This document shows, piece after piece, positions 55,150-64,000 of a stretch of DNA of 64,000 bases (position 1 is its first letter; each line of letters opens with the position of its first letter). The notes beneath the pieces are model-generated. The model worked only from the letters and a program-made list of their open reading frames with translations, was not told where the DNA came from and made no database searches. The stretch comes from Anaerolineae bacterium (GTDB taxonomy: Bacteria > Chloroflexota > Anaerolineae > Promineifilales > Promineifilaceae): positions 159,667 to 223,666 of the forward strand of contig JAHDWL010000002.1 of the NCBI GenBank assembly GCA_023384355.1, read 5' to 3'. Position numbers and translations under genes: made by a program.

Positions 55150-56256
55150 ATGTTTAGCCAGGAACACATGCAGGAGCTGGTTACTTATGAGGGCAACGGC
55201 CGTGGCGTCGTCAGTGTCTATCTGGACACCGACAGCACCCGCCAATCTGTGGAGGCGATCAAGTTGACCGCCAGAGGCCTGCTCAAAGAGGTCCAACCAC
55301 AGCATGATGAGGAGGCGCAAGCCATTGAACGCTACCTGGATTTGAGCTACGACTGGTCGAAGCCCGGTCTGGCTCTGTTTTGCGGAAAGGGGGGCAGCTT
55401 CTTCCGCGCCTACCGTTCCCCGGTGGCATTCCGCAATCGGGTGCGCCTGAGCTCGCGCCCCTATGTGAAGCCGCTTGCGCACCTTCTCGATCACTACGCC
55501 CATTTTGGTGTCATCGTGATCGACCGCGTCGGTGGCCGGTTCTATGAATATCATCTGGGCGAGTTGCAAGCCTCGGATGACTACGTCGGCGATGAGATTC
55601 GTCGGGTGAAGGACGGGGCGGGATCGTCGGCCGTCGGCCGACGCGGCGGCGGCGGAGGAGGCGGCAAACACGAGGATGAGGTGGCGGCGCGAAACATGCG
55701 CGAATGCGCGGCCTCGGCCAACAAGTTTTTTGCCGAACGCCCGATTCGCCGTCTTTTCCTGGGCGGAACGAACGAAAATGTGGCCCAGTTCCGCGAATTG
55801 TTGCCCCGGCAACTCCTGAGTTGTCTGGCGGGCTCTTTCCCCGTAGATATCGAGGCGGGCGAGCCGGAGGTGCGACAGCGCGCTCTCAACATGTTGCGCG
55901 AGGTGAACGCCGAGCGCGAGGCCAGGTTGGTCGATCGGATGCTGACGTTGAACGCCCAGGGAGCGAATGCCGTAACAGGTCTTGACGATACGCTGCAGGC
56001 CATCTCCGACAAGCGCGTGGAGACACTCATCATCAGCGACGGCTATCGCGTGCCGGGCTATGTGCAGGAGTCCTCGGGTTTTCTCGTGGCGAATTTGGCT
56101 CGCAGCCCGCTGGCCGAATCTGAGTTATCGGAAGCGGCCGACGTCGTCGAGGCGGCCGTAGCCCAGACCGTGGCCCAGGGCGGACACGTTGAGGTTATCT
56201 CCGAAAACCCGTATCTGGAAGATGCCGGGCGGATCGGCGCGATACTCCGCTATTAG
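55150..56256 (+). CDS. Bacterial aRF1/eRF1-like (baeRF) protein
   Basis: VVSVYLDTD N-domain; PYVKPLAHLL..Y...VIVIDR...RFY RNase-H-like middle domain; C-terminal AVTGLDDTL.AI...RVETLII...IGAILRY eRF1 domain-3 pattern. Confidence 0.8.
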   Translation: MFSQEHMQELVTYEGNGRGVVSVYLDTDSTRQSVEAIKLTARGLLKEVQPQHDEEAQAIERYLDLSYDWSKPGLALFCGKGGSFFRAYRSPVAFRNRVRLSSRPYVKPLAHLLDHYAHFGVIVIDRVGGRFYEYHLGELQASDDYVGDEIRRVKDGAGSSAVGRRGGGGGGGKHEDEVAARNMRECAASANKFFAERPIRRLFLGGTNENVAQFRELLPRQLLSCLAGSFPVDIEAGEPEVRQRALNMLREVNAEREARLVDRMLTLNAQGANAVTGLDDTLQAISDKRVETLIISDGYRVPGYVQESSGFLVANLARSPLAESELSEAADVVEAAVAQTVAQGGHVEVISENPYLEDAGRIGAILRY

Positions 56257-56340
56257 TCACTGGTGAATCAAAAGGGTGCGGCAGACACTCGTCCGTCGCA
56301 CCCTTTTGTGATCAGGTTGGTGGAAGTCCGCGAGCCGAAA

Positions 56341-57960
56341 TTACGGCTCCAGCGCGGTGAAGTAGGCGCGAACCAGATCTTGCAGGCCTGGCGGGATGTC
56401 GCTCGTTCCCAGAGCCTCGAAAGCAGCGTCACGATAGTCGCTGAACACCCGGTCATAAGGGACGAGGCCCCCGCCGGATGCCTGTCCGGTGGTGGTGGAG
56501 GGGGATTGTCCGGCCAGTGGCCCGCAAGCTGCGGGGTCTGCCAGGCATTGCGCTTCCAGCTCGAGATTCTGGCCCTGCCCTTCGAGGTTGGCAGGCGGGG
56601 GAATAAAGACGTTTTCCACATGACCGCCACCCTGGCTGGAACCGCCTGTACCACCATCCTGTCCACCGGCGGCGGAGCTGCCACCCGTGGAGCCGCCGGA
56701 GCCGCCGGAGGCTGCCGGCCCCTCGCCGGTCCCGGCCGTTTCTCCTTCACCAGAATTGCCGCTCCCGCTTTGGGCAACTTCTGACCTGGCCGCGCCCAGT
56801 TGCTCGGCCGCCCGCGCGGCTTGCGCGGCGGCCGGTGCGGTCTGCCCCCGTTCGGCCAGTTGGGCCGCGGTCTTGTCCAGTGCGGCTTGAGCGGCAGTGG
56901 TATCGCCCTCGGTCAGCGCCTCGGCGGCCTGCTCCAGCGTGGCGGCTAACTCCGCGTCGGCGTCGCGCAGCTTGTCCGCCGCTTCGGCCAGATGCTCGGC
57001 TAGTTCGGCGCGTTCGACGTCGGTCAGATCGCCCACCCCATCCGCCAGCGCGGCGGTGGCTGCGGCGGCCTGCGACAGTTGGCCCGCCTGGAGTGCGTCT
57101 GCCAGCCCGGCCGTGGCCTCGTGATTTTCCAGAGAGGCGGCCGCCTCGGCCAGGGCGTCATTTAGCGCGGTGTTGTCGAATTCCTGGCTCAGAGCCTGCA
57201 TCTCCCGCTCGGCCTGCGAGAGCGCGGCCACGGCCGACTCGCGGCTGATGCCCGGCTCGTCAAGGGCCGCCAGTGCCTCATCGATCGGCCGCGTCAGGGA
57301 TGCGGCCTGTTCGGGCGTCAGGGTGTCGTCGGCGGCGATGTCGGCGGCCAGCGTCTCCAGCGTCGCAGTTTCCTGGGCGACCGCCTCGGCCACGGCTCGC
57401 TGTTCAATAAGAGCCGCCTCCTGCGGGTTCGGCAGCCAGAGGACGAGCCCGAAAACCAGCGCCAGCGCCAGAATGGGCAGCCAGTCAGCCGGTTGGGGGC
57501 GTACAGGCAGTTGGCGAGCGGTGTCGACGGTTGCAGCGACAGCCAGCGCGTCGTTGAGTTGGCGGGTGGCGATGTCGTCGTCCACGGTGAGCCGCCCGGT
57601 GCGGATTTCAACGGCCGTTGTCATTCGCTCGCGAAGACCGAACTGGCGGTCAGCGAAGAGGGCTTGCGCGACGAGCGGTCGGCGACGCAAGAGGACGACC
57701 AGACCCGCGAGCGACGCCCCGATGAGTGCCGTCGCCAGACCCAGAAAAGCCAACTCCTCACGCATCAGCAGGGGGCGCTGCCGGCTGAGGAGCGCCACTA
57801 CAAATCCGACGAGCAGCCCGGTCAGCAAGCCGCGGGGTAGCCAGCGCCACAATTCCTGCCGGCGGCGGCGGCCGTCCCATTTGTGCAAACAGGTCGTCAG
57901 TGATTCGTAGACCTGTCGGGCAGAAGGTCCACCGGTCAGATCATCGCTTCGAGGGGTCAT
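56341..57960 (-). CDS. Hypothetical membrane-anchored coiled-coil protein
   Basis: Three N-terminal TM segments, ERMTTAVE motif, long Ala/Glu-rich helical region, Gly/Ser linker, C-terminal PPGLQDLVRAYF. Confidence 0.75.
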   Translation of the reverse strand: MTPRSDDLTGGPSARQVYESLTTCLHKWDGRRRRQELWRWLPRGLLTGLLVGFVVALLSRQRPLLMREELAFLGLATALIGASLAGLVVLLRRRPLVAQALFADRQFGLRERMTTAVEIRTGRLTVDDDIATRQLNDALAVAATVDTARQLPVRPQPADWLPILALALVFGLVLWLPNPQEAALIEQRAVAEAVAQETATLETLAADIAADDTLTPEQAASLTRPIDEALAALDEPGISRESAVAALSQAEREMQALSQEFDNTALNDALAEAAASLENHEATAGLADALQAGQLSQAAAATAALADGVGDLTDVERAELAEHLAEAADKLRDADAELAATLEQAAEALTEGDTTAAQAALDKTAAQLAERGQTAPAAAQAARAAEQLGAARSEVAQSGSGNSGEGETAGTGEGPAASGGSGGSTGGSSAAGGQDGGTGGSSQGGGHVENVFIPPPANLEGQGQNLELEAQCLADPAACGPLAGQSPSTTTGQASGGGLVPYDRVFSDYRDAAFEALGTSDIPPGLQDLVRAYFTALEP

Positions 57961-58901
57961 ACGTCACTAACACGTCGAACGCGCCGAACGGCGGCGATGT
58001 AGAAGATGATCGCCGCTGCGACATGGAAGATGATGAACAGTATCCAGGGTGATGGTAGCCAGAGGCTTCGGGTAACAATCGTCTCCGTGGCGCCGATAAG
58101 GGTGTCCCGTTCCAGCAAAAAAATCTCGCTGATCAAGAGCGTCGCCGGCAGGTTGGTAGCAGCCAACGCCAGCCCGATGTAGACGAGAGCGATCTCGACT
58201 GAAGTTGTCAGGGACGATCCCGTCATGAAACCCATGCTGCCGAATATCAACAGGCCGATAAAGGCGATCGTGGGGATGCCAAAGGTGACGAACAACGTGC
58301 CGGAGAACGTGGCTACCGTCGCGGTCAGCGTCGAACGCATGGCTGCAGAGCACCACAGGCCGTAGAGAGCGTAGGTTATGGCGGCTATGAGAATGAGCAC
58401 CTGGGACAGGATGAGCTCCACGCCGGAGAGGCCGCCGAGGAGGAATGCGATGCTCTGCAGCGGAATGGACACCACGACCAGCAGCAGGATGTAGCTCAGC
58501 GAGGAGATGAGCTTGCCCAGAACAAAGGCGTCGGCCGACAGCAACGTCGTGCGCAGCAGGTCTAACGTCTGCCGTTCGCGCTCGCCGCTGACCGCCGCTG
58601 CCGTGAAAGCGGGACCGATAAAGGTGACCAGTAGCACCTGTACGCCCAAAATAGCAGCGAACAGCCCTTTTCCGGCCGTGCGCGTCATTGTGTTGCCGGG
58701 ATAGCTGCCGCTGGAGACATAAACAAGGTTGACAAATATAATCGCCGCGCTAAGGACGAGCAGATAGAGCGTGAGCACCACGAAAGCGCGGCGACCGCGC
58801 ATCCGGCTGCGCAATTCCTTGACCGTGACGGGATTGCTGAAGATGCCGGACAATTTGCCCCGAAAGGCGGCGGGTCTTGTGTTGGAAGTGGTCTCGGCCA
58901 T
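57957..58901 (-). CDS. ABC-2 type permease
   Basis: NPVTVKELRSRMRGRRAF, AVSGERERQTLDLLRTT, FVLGKL. Confidence 0.88.
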   Translation of the reverse strand: MAETTSNTRPAAFRGKLSGIFSNPVTVKELRSRMRGRRAFVVLTLYLLVLSAAIIFVNLVYVSSGSYPGNTMTRTAGKGLFAAILGVQVLLVTFIGPAFTAAAVSGERERQTLDLLRTTLLSADAFVLGKLISSLSYILLLVVVSIPLQSIAFLLGGLSGVELILSQVLILIAAITYALYGLWCSAAMRSTLTATVATFSGTLFVTFGIPTIAFIGLLIFGSMGFMTGSSLTTSVEIALVYIGLALAATNLPATLLISEIFLLERDTLIGATETIVTRSLWLPSPWILFIIFHVAAAIIFYIAAVRRVRRVSDV

Positions 58902-58925
58902 TGTCTTGTACCGTGGGTGGGACAG

Positions 58926-59882
58926 CTAATCAGCCGCACCTTGCGTCACTTGCAGGAATACATCTTCAAGGTCGCCGCGCTCCTCGCTGAAGGTGAGCAC
59001 GGGCAAACCGTGGCCGACCAGCCGGGCCAGTAGCGCGCTCAGTTCGGAATCGTCATCGCCGAAATCGAGACGCAAGGTGGAGGGCATGGCGGCATCAACC
59101 TCGGCCGACAGCACGCCGGGTTCGTTCTCCAAACCGGCGGCGACAGCGGCAAGGTCGACACCGGCCGACGGCACGAAACGAACGACGACGGACCGGTGGG
59201 CGCGCAACCGGCTCATCATATCGCCAACGTTGCCGGTCGCCACCAGACGGCCGTTCTCGATGATGCCGATGCTGGTGCAGATGTCGGCCACCTCGGAAAG
59301 GATGTGGGATGAGAAGAAGATCGTCTTGCCCATCTTTTGCAGCTCGCGCAGCAACTCGCGCATCTCGATTCGCGCCCGCGGGTCGAGGCCGGACGCCGGC
59401 TCGTCGAGGATCAGCACCTGCGGGTCGTGGGCCAGCGTGCGTGCCAGGCAAAGGCGCTGTTTCATGCCCCGACTCAGGGTCTCGACGTAGGCATCTCGCT
59501 TGTGACCCAGGTCGACGAGAGCCAGCAGGTCGTCGATCATCCCCGGCCGGCCGGCGGCGGGGACGTCATAGCAGGCGGCAAAGAAGTCGAGATATTCCCA
59601 GACCTTCATGTCTTCGTAGACGCCAAAGAAGTCGGGCATGAAGCCGATGGCCCGACGCACATCGCGAGGGGCGGCCATGACCGAATAGCCGGCAACGCGA
59701 GCCTCGCCCGATGTCGGTCGCAGCAGGGTGGTCAGGATGCGCATGGTGGTCGTCTTGCCCGCGCCGTTTGGGCCGATGAAGCCGAAGACAGCCCCTTCCT
59801 CTATGTCGAGGGTGATGTCGTCGACCGCAGTCAGGTCGCCGTAACGCTTGGTCAGCTCGCGCAGCTCGATGATGGACGCCAT
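58926..59882 (-). CDS. ABC transporter ATP-binding protein
   Basis: GPNGAGKTT, LSRGMKQR, ILDEPASGLDP, FFSSHIL. Confidence 0.92.
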   Translation of the reverse strand: MASIIELRELTKRYGDLTAVDDITLDIEEGAVFGFIGPNGAGKTTTMRILTTLLRPTSGEARVAGYSVMAAPRDVRRAIGFMPDFFGVYEDMKVWEYLDFFAACYDVPAAGRPGMIDDLLALVDLGHKRDAYVETLSRGMKQRLCLARTLAHDPQVLILDEPASGLDPRARIEMRELLRELQKMGKTIFFSSHILSEVADICTSIGIIENGRLVATGNVGDMMSRLRAHRSVVVRFVPSAGVDLAAVAAGLENEPGVLSAEVDAAMPSTLRLDFGDDDSELSALLARLVGHGLPVLTFSEERGDLEDVFLQVTQGAAD

Positions 59883-59888
59883 AATCAC

Positions 59889-61853
59889 CTATTGGGTGGG
59901 TATCTCCAGAAGCAGCAAAGTTGTGCCATATTGGTTGGCCGGGTTGCCGGAGACGCTCACGGCCTGATCGCTATACGGCAGGAACCCGGCCAGAGTTACC
60001 AGATCGTCGGCTGCGGGCAAAGCGTTGAGGCCGGTCGTATCGCCCATGTAGCTGGACTGGATAAGCTGCCAGCGCGGGTAGGCGACCGGGTCATTGTAGT
60101 AGTCGGCTGTTCCCAGGATGAGACTGGGATCGTTGACGAGGGGGTTGGTGATGACGAATCCACTGGGGAACATCGGATCGGGTGTGGGGACGGCCGAGGA
60201 GCCGGGGGTCAACGAGATCACGACCGTTTGTTCTCCGCCGGCGGGGACATCGCCAACAGCGGCCTGGTCCTGACCGTGGATGATCACCGCGTCCTCCAGA
60301 GTATATTCGGAGTTATTGCGAACAGTCACGGTGACAGTCCTCTTTTCGGGTGACAGGACGGCGGTGGCTTCGATCGGCGGGCGGGCTTGATGTTCCTCCA
60401 CGATGAAGGTGGCGACTTCGCCGGTGTCGGTTCGTACGTCGCGCAAGGCGACTTCCCCGGTTCGCTCGATAGTGGCAACGTTGTCGCCACCCATCAGCGT
60501 ACCGAAGGCTTCCTGGAACGGAAAGGTTGTGGCCTGGTAAGGGAGAGCCACGTCATACCGGTTGCGACGAGGGGAATACAGCCCGACGATGGATTGGCTC
60601 CGCAACCTTTCGGCGTTGGCCGAGCCGAAAGCGACAGTCATGACGTTCAGCGTGGGATTATTGCCGCGGCTGCGAAACCCGGCGATGAAAGTAGCGGCGC
60701 TGAACAGCAGAACAAGCGCCGGGATTGTTACCCAGCCCAATTCGCGACGGTTGAGGCGGCGCAACACGAGGTAATTGATCGGTCCAATAATCGCCGTGTA
60801 GATGAACAGGAACAGGATCAATTGCCATATGGACGGCAGGCTTAAGCCGGGGATGCTTGAGACGGCCTGCGTCGCGCCATAACCATCCTGAACGCCGGAA
60901 GCCCATGGCGGCAGAGCCGGCGCGCCCTCGGCTATTGCCGTCCACAGTTCGCTGCTGAGCGCACGTCCGGTGAGCGGTGGCGATTTCGGGTCGAGGGCCA
61001 GGAAATAGACGCTGCCGCGCCCTATTTCTCGTCGGGCCAGGAGCGGCAAACCATTTTCCTCCACGAGGGCCTCGCCGTTGACCAGTTCGCCTTGAGTGAC
61101 CACGAATGGGCCGGCGCCGACAGGTTCACCGGTGAACTCGCCCAGTGAGGCAAGGTCGTCGACGGTCTGGGTGCCGCCAACGGCGACCGGCAGGAGATCG
61201 GCTACGCCGGCGGCCGTCGCTGGACCGCCCGGCCCGCCGGTAACGACTAGTTGGCCACCGCTCTCCACCCAGGCGCGCAGGGCTGACGATTGCGCCGGGG
61301 TCAGGCGACTGGTGTCGGTGTCGTCCAGTATGAGGACGTCCAGCCCGCTCCAGGCGATTGACACATCGGGAAGATCGGCCGGGTTGAGAAAGGCGACGGC
61401 CGCGTCAGTTCGCCCGCCGCTGATCGTCTCAAGGAAGGCCAAACCGCCGGGATCCGCGCTCACGACGCCGTAGAATAGCTCCTCGCGAGAGACGGTGCGG
61501 AGCGGGTTGGTATCGGTTTCGGCGACTACCTGTCCGTCGCTGATCAGTTGAACTTTGACCCTGCTGCCGAAAGCGGAATTGTGGATGACCAGCGGCACCC
61601 GTTTGTCCGCGCCGGTGGGCAGGGAGACGGGGGCGCTGTAGACCAGGTCATTGCCGCCGGATGGTACCACCGCCCGAATCTCGCCCTCGAGCGGCGGGCC
61701 GTCGTTGTGGACGGTGATGAACAGAGGTATCGGCGACCCGGCTTCGTATATTTCGTCGTAACCGGCTTGCGCGCTCAGGGATACACCGCCGCCTTGCACG
61801 AGAGCGAAATGAGAGAGGGCCAGTAACCAGATGAGGGAGAGAGAGGCGACCAT
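59889..61853 (-). CDS. Hypothetical secreted/membrane protein with class I glutamine amidotransferase-like domain
   Basis: Signal peptide; DVLILDDTD..RLTPAQSSALRAWVESGGQLVV GATase1-like fold; REIGRGSVYF; two TM helices (FIYTAIIGPINYLVLRR...WVTIPALV). Confidence 0.72.
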   Translation of the reverse strand: MVASLSLIWLLALSHFALVQGGGVSLSAQAGYDEIYEAGSPIPLFITVHNDGPPLEGEIRAVVPSGGNDLVYSAPVSLPTGADKRVPLVIHNSAFGSRVKVQLISDGQVVAETDTNPLRTVSREELFYGVVSADPGGLAFLETISGGRTDAAVAFLNPADLPDVSIAWSGLDVLILDDTDTSRLTPAQSSALRAWVESGGQLVVTGGPGGPATAAGVADLLPVAVGGTQTVDDLASLGEFTGEPVGAGPFVVTQGELVNGEALVEENGLPLLARREIGRGSVYFLALDPKSPPLTGRALSSELWTAIAEGAPALPPWASGVQDGYGATQAVSSIPGLSLPSIWQLILFLFIYTAIIGPINYLVLRRLNRRELGWVTIPALVLLFSAATFIAGFRSRGNNPTLNVMTVAFGSANAERLRSQSIVGLYSPRRNRYDVALPYQATTFPFQEAFGTLMGGDNVATIERTGEVALRDVRTDTGEVATFIVEEHQARPPIEATAVLSPEKRTVTVTVRNNSEYTLEDAVIIHGQDQAAVGDVPAGGEQTVVISLTPGSSAVPTPDPMFPSGFVITNPLVNDPSLILGTADYYNDPVAYPRWQLIQSSYMGDTTGLNALPAADDLVTLAGFLPYSDQAVSVSGNPANQYGTTLLLLEIPTQ

Positions 61854-61856
61854 TGG

Positions 61857-62159
61857 CTAAAGGATTTCGATGGCGTAGGCAGCGACGGGCGCATCCGGCC
61901 GGTGAGTCTCGACCCACTCGACAGACTTTTCCAGCAGCCGATGGAGATAGGCCTTGTCATTACCCACAGCGGCCAAACCGATGACGGCCGTCCCCCAGGC
62001 GTCCTGGCCGTCGACCTCAGCCACCGACAGGTTGAATTCGCGATGGAGCCGGGCGACGATCGACTTGACGATGCTGCGCTTCTCCTTAAGAGAGTATACG
62101 CCATCCAGTTGCAACGTAAGGACGCATGTGGCCACGAACATAGGCGCAATTGTCCCCAA
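61857..62159 (-). CDS. DUF503 (YlxP-like) protein
   Basis: SLKEKRSIVKSIVARL..EFNLSVAEVD.QD.W...IGLAAVGND. Confidence 0.88.
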   Translation of the reverse strand: MGTIAPMFVATCVLTLQLDGVYSLKEKRSIVKSIVARLHREFNLSVAEVDGQDAWGTAVIGLAAVGNDKAYLHRLLEKSVEWVETHRPDAPVAAYAIEIL

Positions 62160-62324
62160 ACGGCGCGCGGCGGCAAATGAGGAGCTTGTGAGCCGAGCGC
62201 CTCAATTTGAGCCTTGCTTAAGGTAAAATTCGTATCCTGTTAAGGTATTGCATATGCGTATCGGGTATAGTGTGGATGTTTATTGTGGTTATCATATTAT
62301 TTGGTCTCATTGAACAGAGAGAAA

Positions 62325-63107
62325 ATGACAAAGGAAGAATTGGTTGAAGACAAGCCGCGTTCCCGAGCGAAAGCGGTGCTGATAGGGTTGGCCGTGCTGC
62401 TGTTTTTGGCGGTGGCCTTCCTTGTGTTTTCGATTGCCAGTCTGGTCAACACCGTCAATGACGGCGCATCGGCAGCCATTGAGCCAATCGGCGATCGCGT
62501 TCGCTCGCTGCTCTTGCCGGCCACACCGGTAATCCTGCCCAATCCGGCGACGGTGGTGAAGCAGATCAACGATCTCTCGCGCCTGGAGACAGCTTCCTAC
62601 GAGATGGAGAAGGTCGTCACCGCCGACTCGGAGCAGGACGGGATCTTGGGCGTGTTGTTGGGGGAATCGATGATCTTCATCGCCTACGGCAAGGTGTATG
62701 CCGGGGTCGATTTCAGCCGGATGACGCCGGCCGATCTGGTCGTGGTGGATCCTGATACAGTGATGGTTCACCTGCCGGACGCGGAGATTTTTGCCGATAT
62801 TCCTGTACTGGATAACGAGCGCTCGTTTGTCGCCGACCGGGATACAGGCCTGTTGACGCGGGCCGACCCGGAGCTGGAGACGAAGGTGCGCCAGGCGGCC
62901 GAGAGCGCGATCCGCGAGGCGGCGCAGAGCAGCGACATCCTGACGCGAGCCAACGCCAACGCCCAGGCCTACATGCAAACCTTCCTCGGCGGGCTGGGTT
63001 TCACGGAGATTATCTTCACCCCGGACACGCCGCCGGCCGTCGACCCGTATCAGCAGGAAATTCCGAAGGGGTACTATCTGGTGCCCGCGGCGACGCCTGC
63101 TCCCTGA
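62325..63107 (+). CDS. DUF4230-like membrane-anchored protein
   Basis: N-terminal TM; LETASY.MEKVV, IAYGKV.AGVDFS, VMVHLPDAEI, GIL..A..NA....TFL..LGF. Confidence 0.75.
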   Translation: MTKEELVEDKPRSRAKAVLIGLAVLLFLAVAFLVFSIASLVNTVNDGASAAIEPIGDRVRSLLLPATPVILPNPATVVKQINDLSRLETASYEMEKVVTADSEQDGILGVLLGESMIFIAYGKVYAGVDFSRMTPADLVVVDPDTVMVHLPDAEIFADIPVLDNERSFVADRDTGLLTRADPELETKVRQAAESAIREAAQSSDILTRANANAQAYMQTFLGGLGFTEIIFTPDTPPAVDPYQQEIPKGYYLVPAATPAP

Positions 63108-63122
63108 GCGCTGTAACGATTC

Positions 63123-63545
63123 ATGCTGGAGATCCCGCGGACGATCCCCTATTTGAGGGCGGCGACCCTGTTAGCCGCCCTCTACGGGATCGTCTGGCTT
63201 GGTCTTGAGGGAGCCTTGTGGCGGGACCTGACCTGGGCCGCGCTGCTGACGGTTATGGGGCTGACTTGGGGTGTGACCCGATTTCTCGGCGGGCGATCTG
63301 TATCCGTAAAGGTGTTTGTGGCGTTGATGGCCGGGCTGGGGTTGGCGGCCGGTCTTGGGACAGGGCTGTTGTTGCTGTTCCTGATGAGCCTCAAGACGGG
63401 GTTACACGATCACGGCTCAGAATATTCAACAGCGGCGGCGGTATGGGTTTGGCAACAACTGCCGCTGTGGGCGGGCGTCGGCGCGTTGGCCGGTGCGGGG
63501 ACCGGATTGCTGACGGCCGCGATGATCAAGCCGGCAGACCGGTAG
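63123..63545 (+). CDS. Hypothetical membrane protein (4 TM)
   Basis: Hydrophobic ORF; LKTGLHDHG loop; follows the DUF4230-like gene. Confidence 0.65.
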   Translation: MLEIPRTIPYLRAATLLAALYGIVWLGLEGALWRDLTWAALLTVMGLTWGVTRFLGGRSVSVKVFVALMAGLGLAAGLGTGLLLLFLMSLKTGLHDHGSEYSTAAAVWVWQQLPLWAGVGALAGAGTGLLTAAMIKPADR

Positions 63546-63585
63546 GTCGAAATGCAATGGGGCGACGACTTTCGCGGGTCCGCTC

Positions 63586-64000
63586 TTAACAAATTCGTGG
63601 CAACATCTCACCCGCCAGCATATCCACCACCCGCGTGCTGCCGATGCATGTCCGCAGAAGGACGCGGCCGCCGGGCGAGGCTTGCACACTACCGATGATC
63701 GTCGCCTCTTCCCCGTAGCGTGTGGCGCGCATGACCCCAATCACGTCGTTGGCATCTTCGGCCGGGACGAAGGCCAGCAACTTGCCCTCGTTGGCGATAT
63801 AGAGCGGATCGAAGCCCAGCATCTCGCACGCCGCGGCCACGGGCGGTCGTATCGGGACGGCTCGTTCATCCAGTATGATGGCCACGTTCGATTGCCGGGC
63901 GATTTCGTTCAGCGTTGTGGCCACGCCGCCGCGCGTCGGGTCGCGCAGTACGTGGATGCGATCGCTTGCCGCCATCATAGCCATCATCAGATGGTTGAGC
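63586..64000 (-). CDS. hypE: Hydrogenase maturation protein HypE, C-terminal part (starts beyond window end)
   Basis: HVLRDPTRGGVATTLNEIA, CEMLGFDPLYIANEGK, C-terminal GEMLPRIC. Confidence 0.95.
   Translation of the reverse strand, partial: LNHLMMAMMAASDRIHVLRDPTRGGVATTLNEIARQSNVAIILDERAVPIRPPVAAACEMLGFDPLYIANEGKLLAFVPAEDANDVIGVMRATRYGEEATIIGSVQASPGGRVLLRTCIGSTRVVDMLAGEMLPRIC

Overview
GC-rich bacterial chromosome segment. Gene content and protein style suggest Chloroflexota/Anaerolineae (inference; no search run). It is mostly core genome: tmRNA; a large peptide/nickel-family ABC importer operon with four ATPases; rimK; a degU-like regulator-flp pilin-CpaF-N-like-comF-hpf cluster; kbl; a recJ-epimerase-RNase D-beta-CASP run; hisS-nadK-X-recN; a CIRCE-controlled hrcA-grpE-dnaK-dnaJ operon; prmA, infA, rpsA, priA, tRNA-Arg(CCT); two tandem phosphofructokinases; htrA; an aRF1/eRF1-like protein; an uncharacterised ABC-export module; and the 3' end of hypE. 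I found no CRISPR array, transposase, integrase or prophage. The most striking observation is a CRISPR-independent Cas4-family nuclease apparently split into two genes (27542-27781 and 27865-28398). Each half carries a transmembrane helix at the split point, and the four putative Fe-S cysteines are divided 1+3 between the two polypeptides. Other highlights are a stand-alone CpaF/TadA N-terminal-like domain between a Flp pilin and comF, a LexA-type box over the leaderless priA promoter, a eukaryote-type double-domain PFK next to a PPi-type PFK, and a GGQ-less release-factor homologue.
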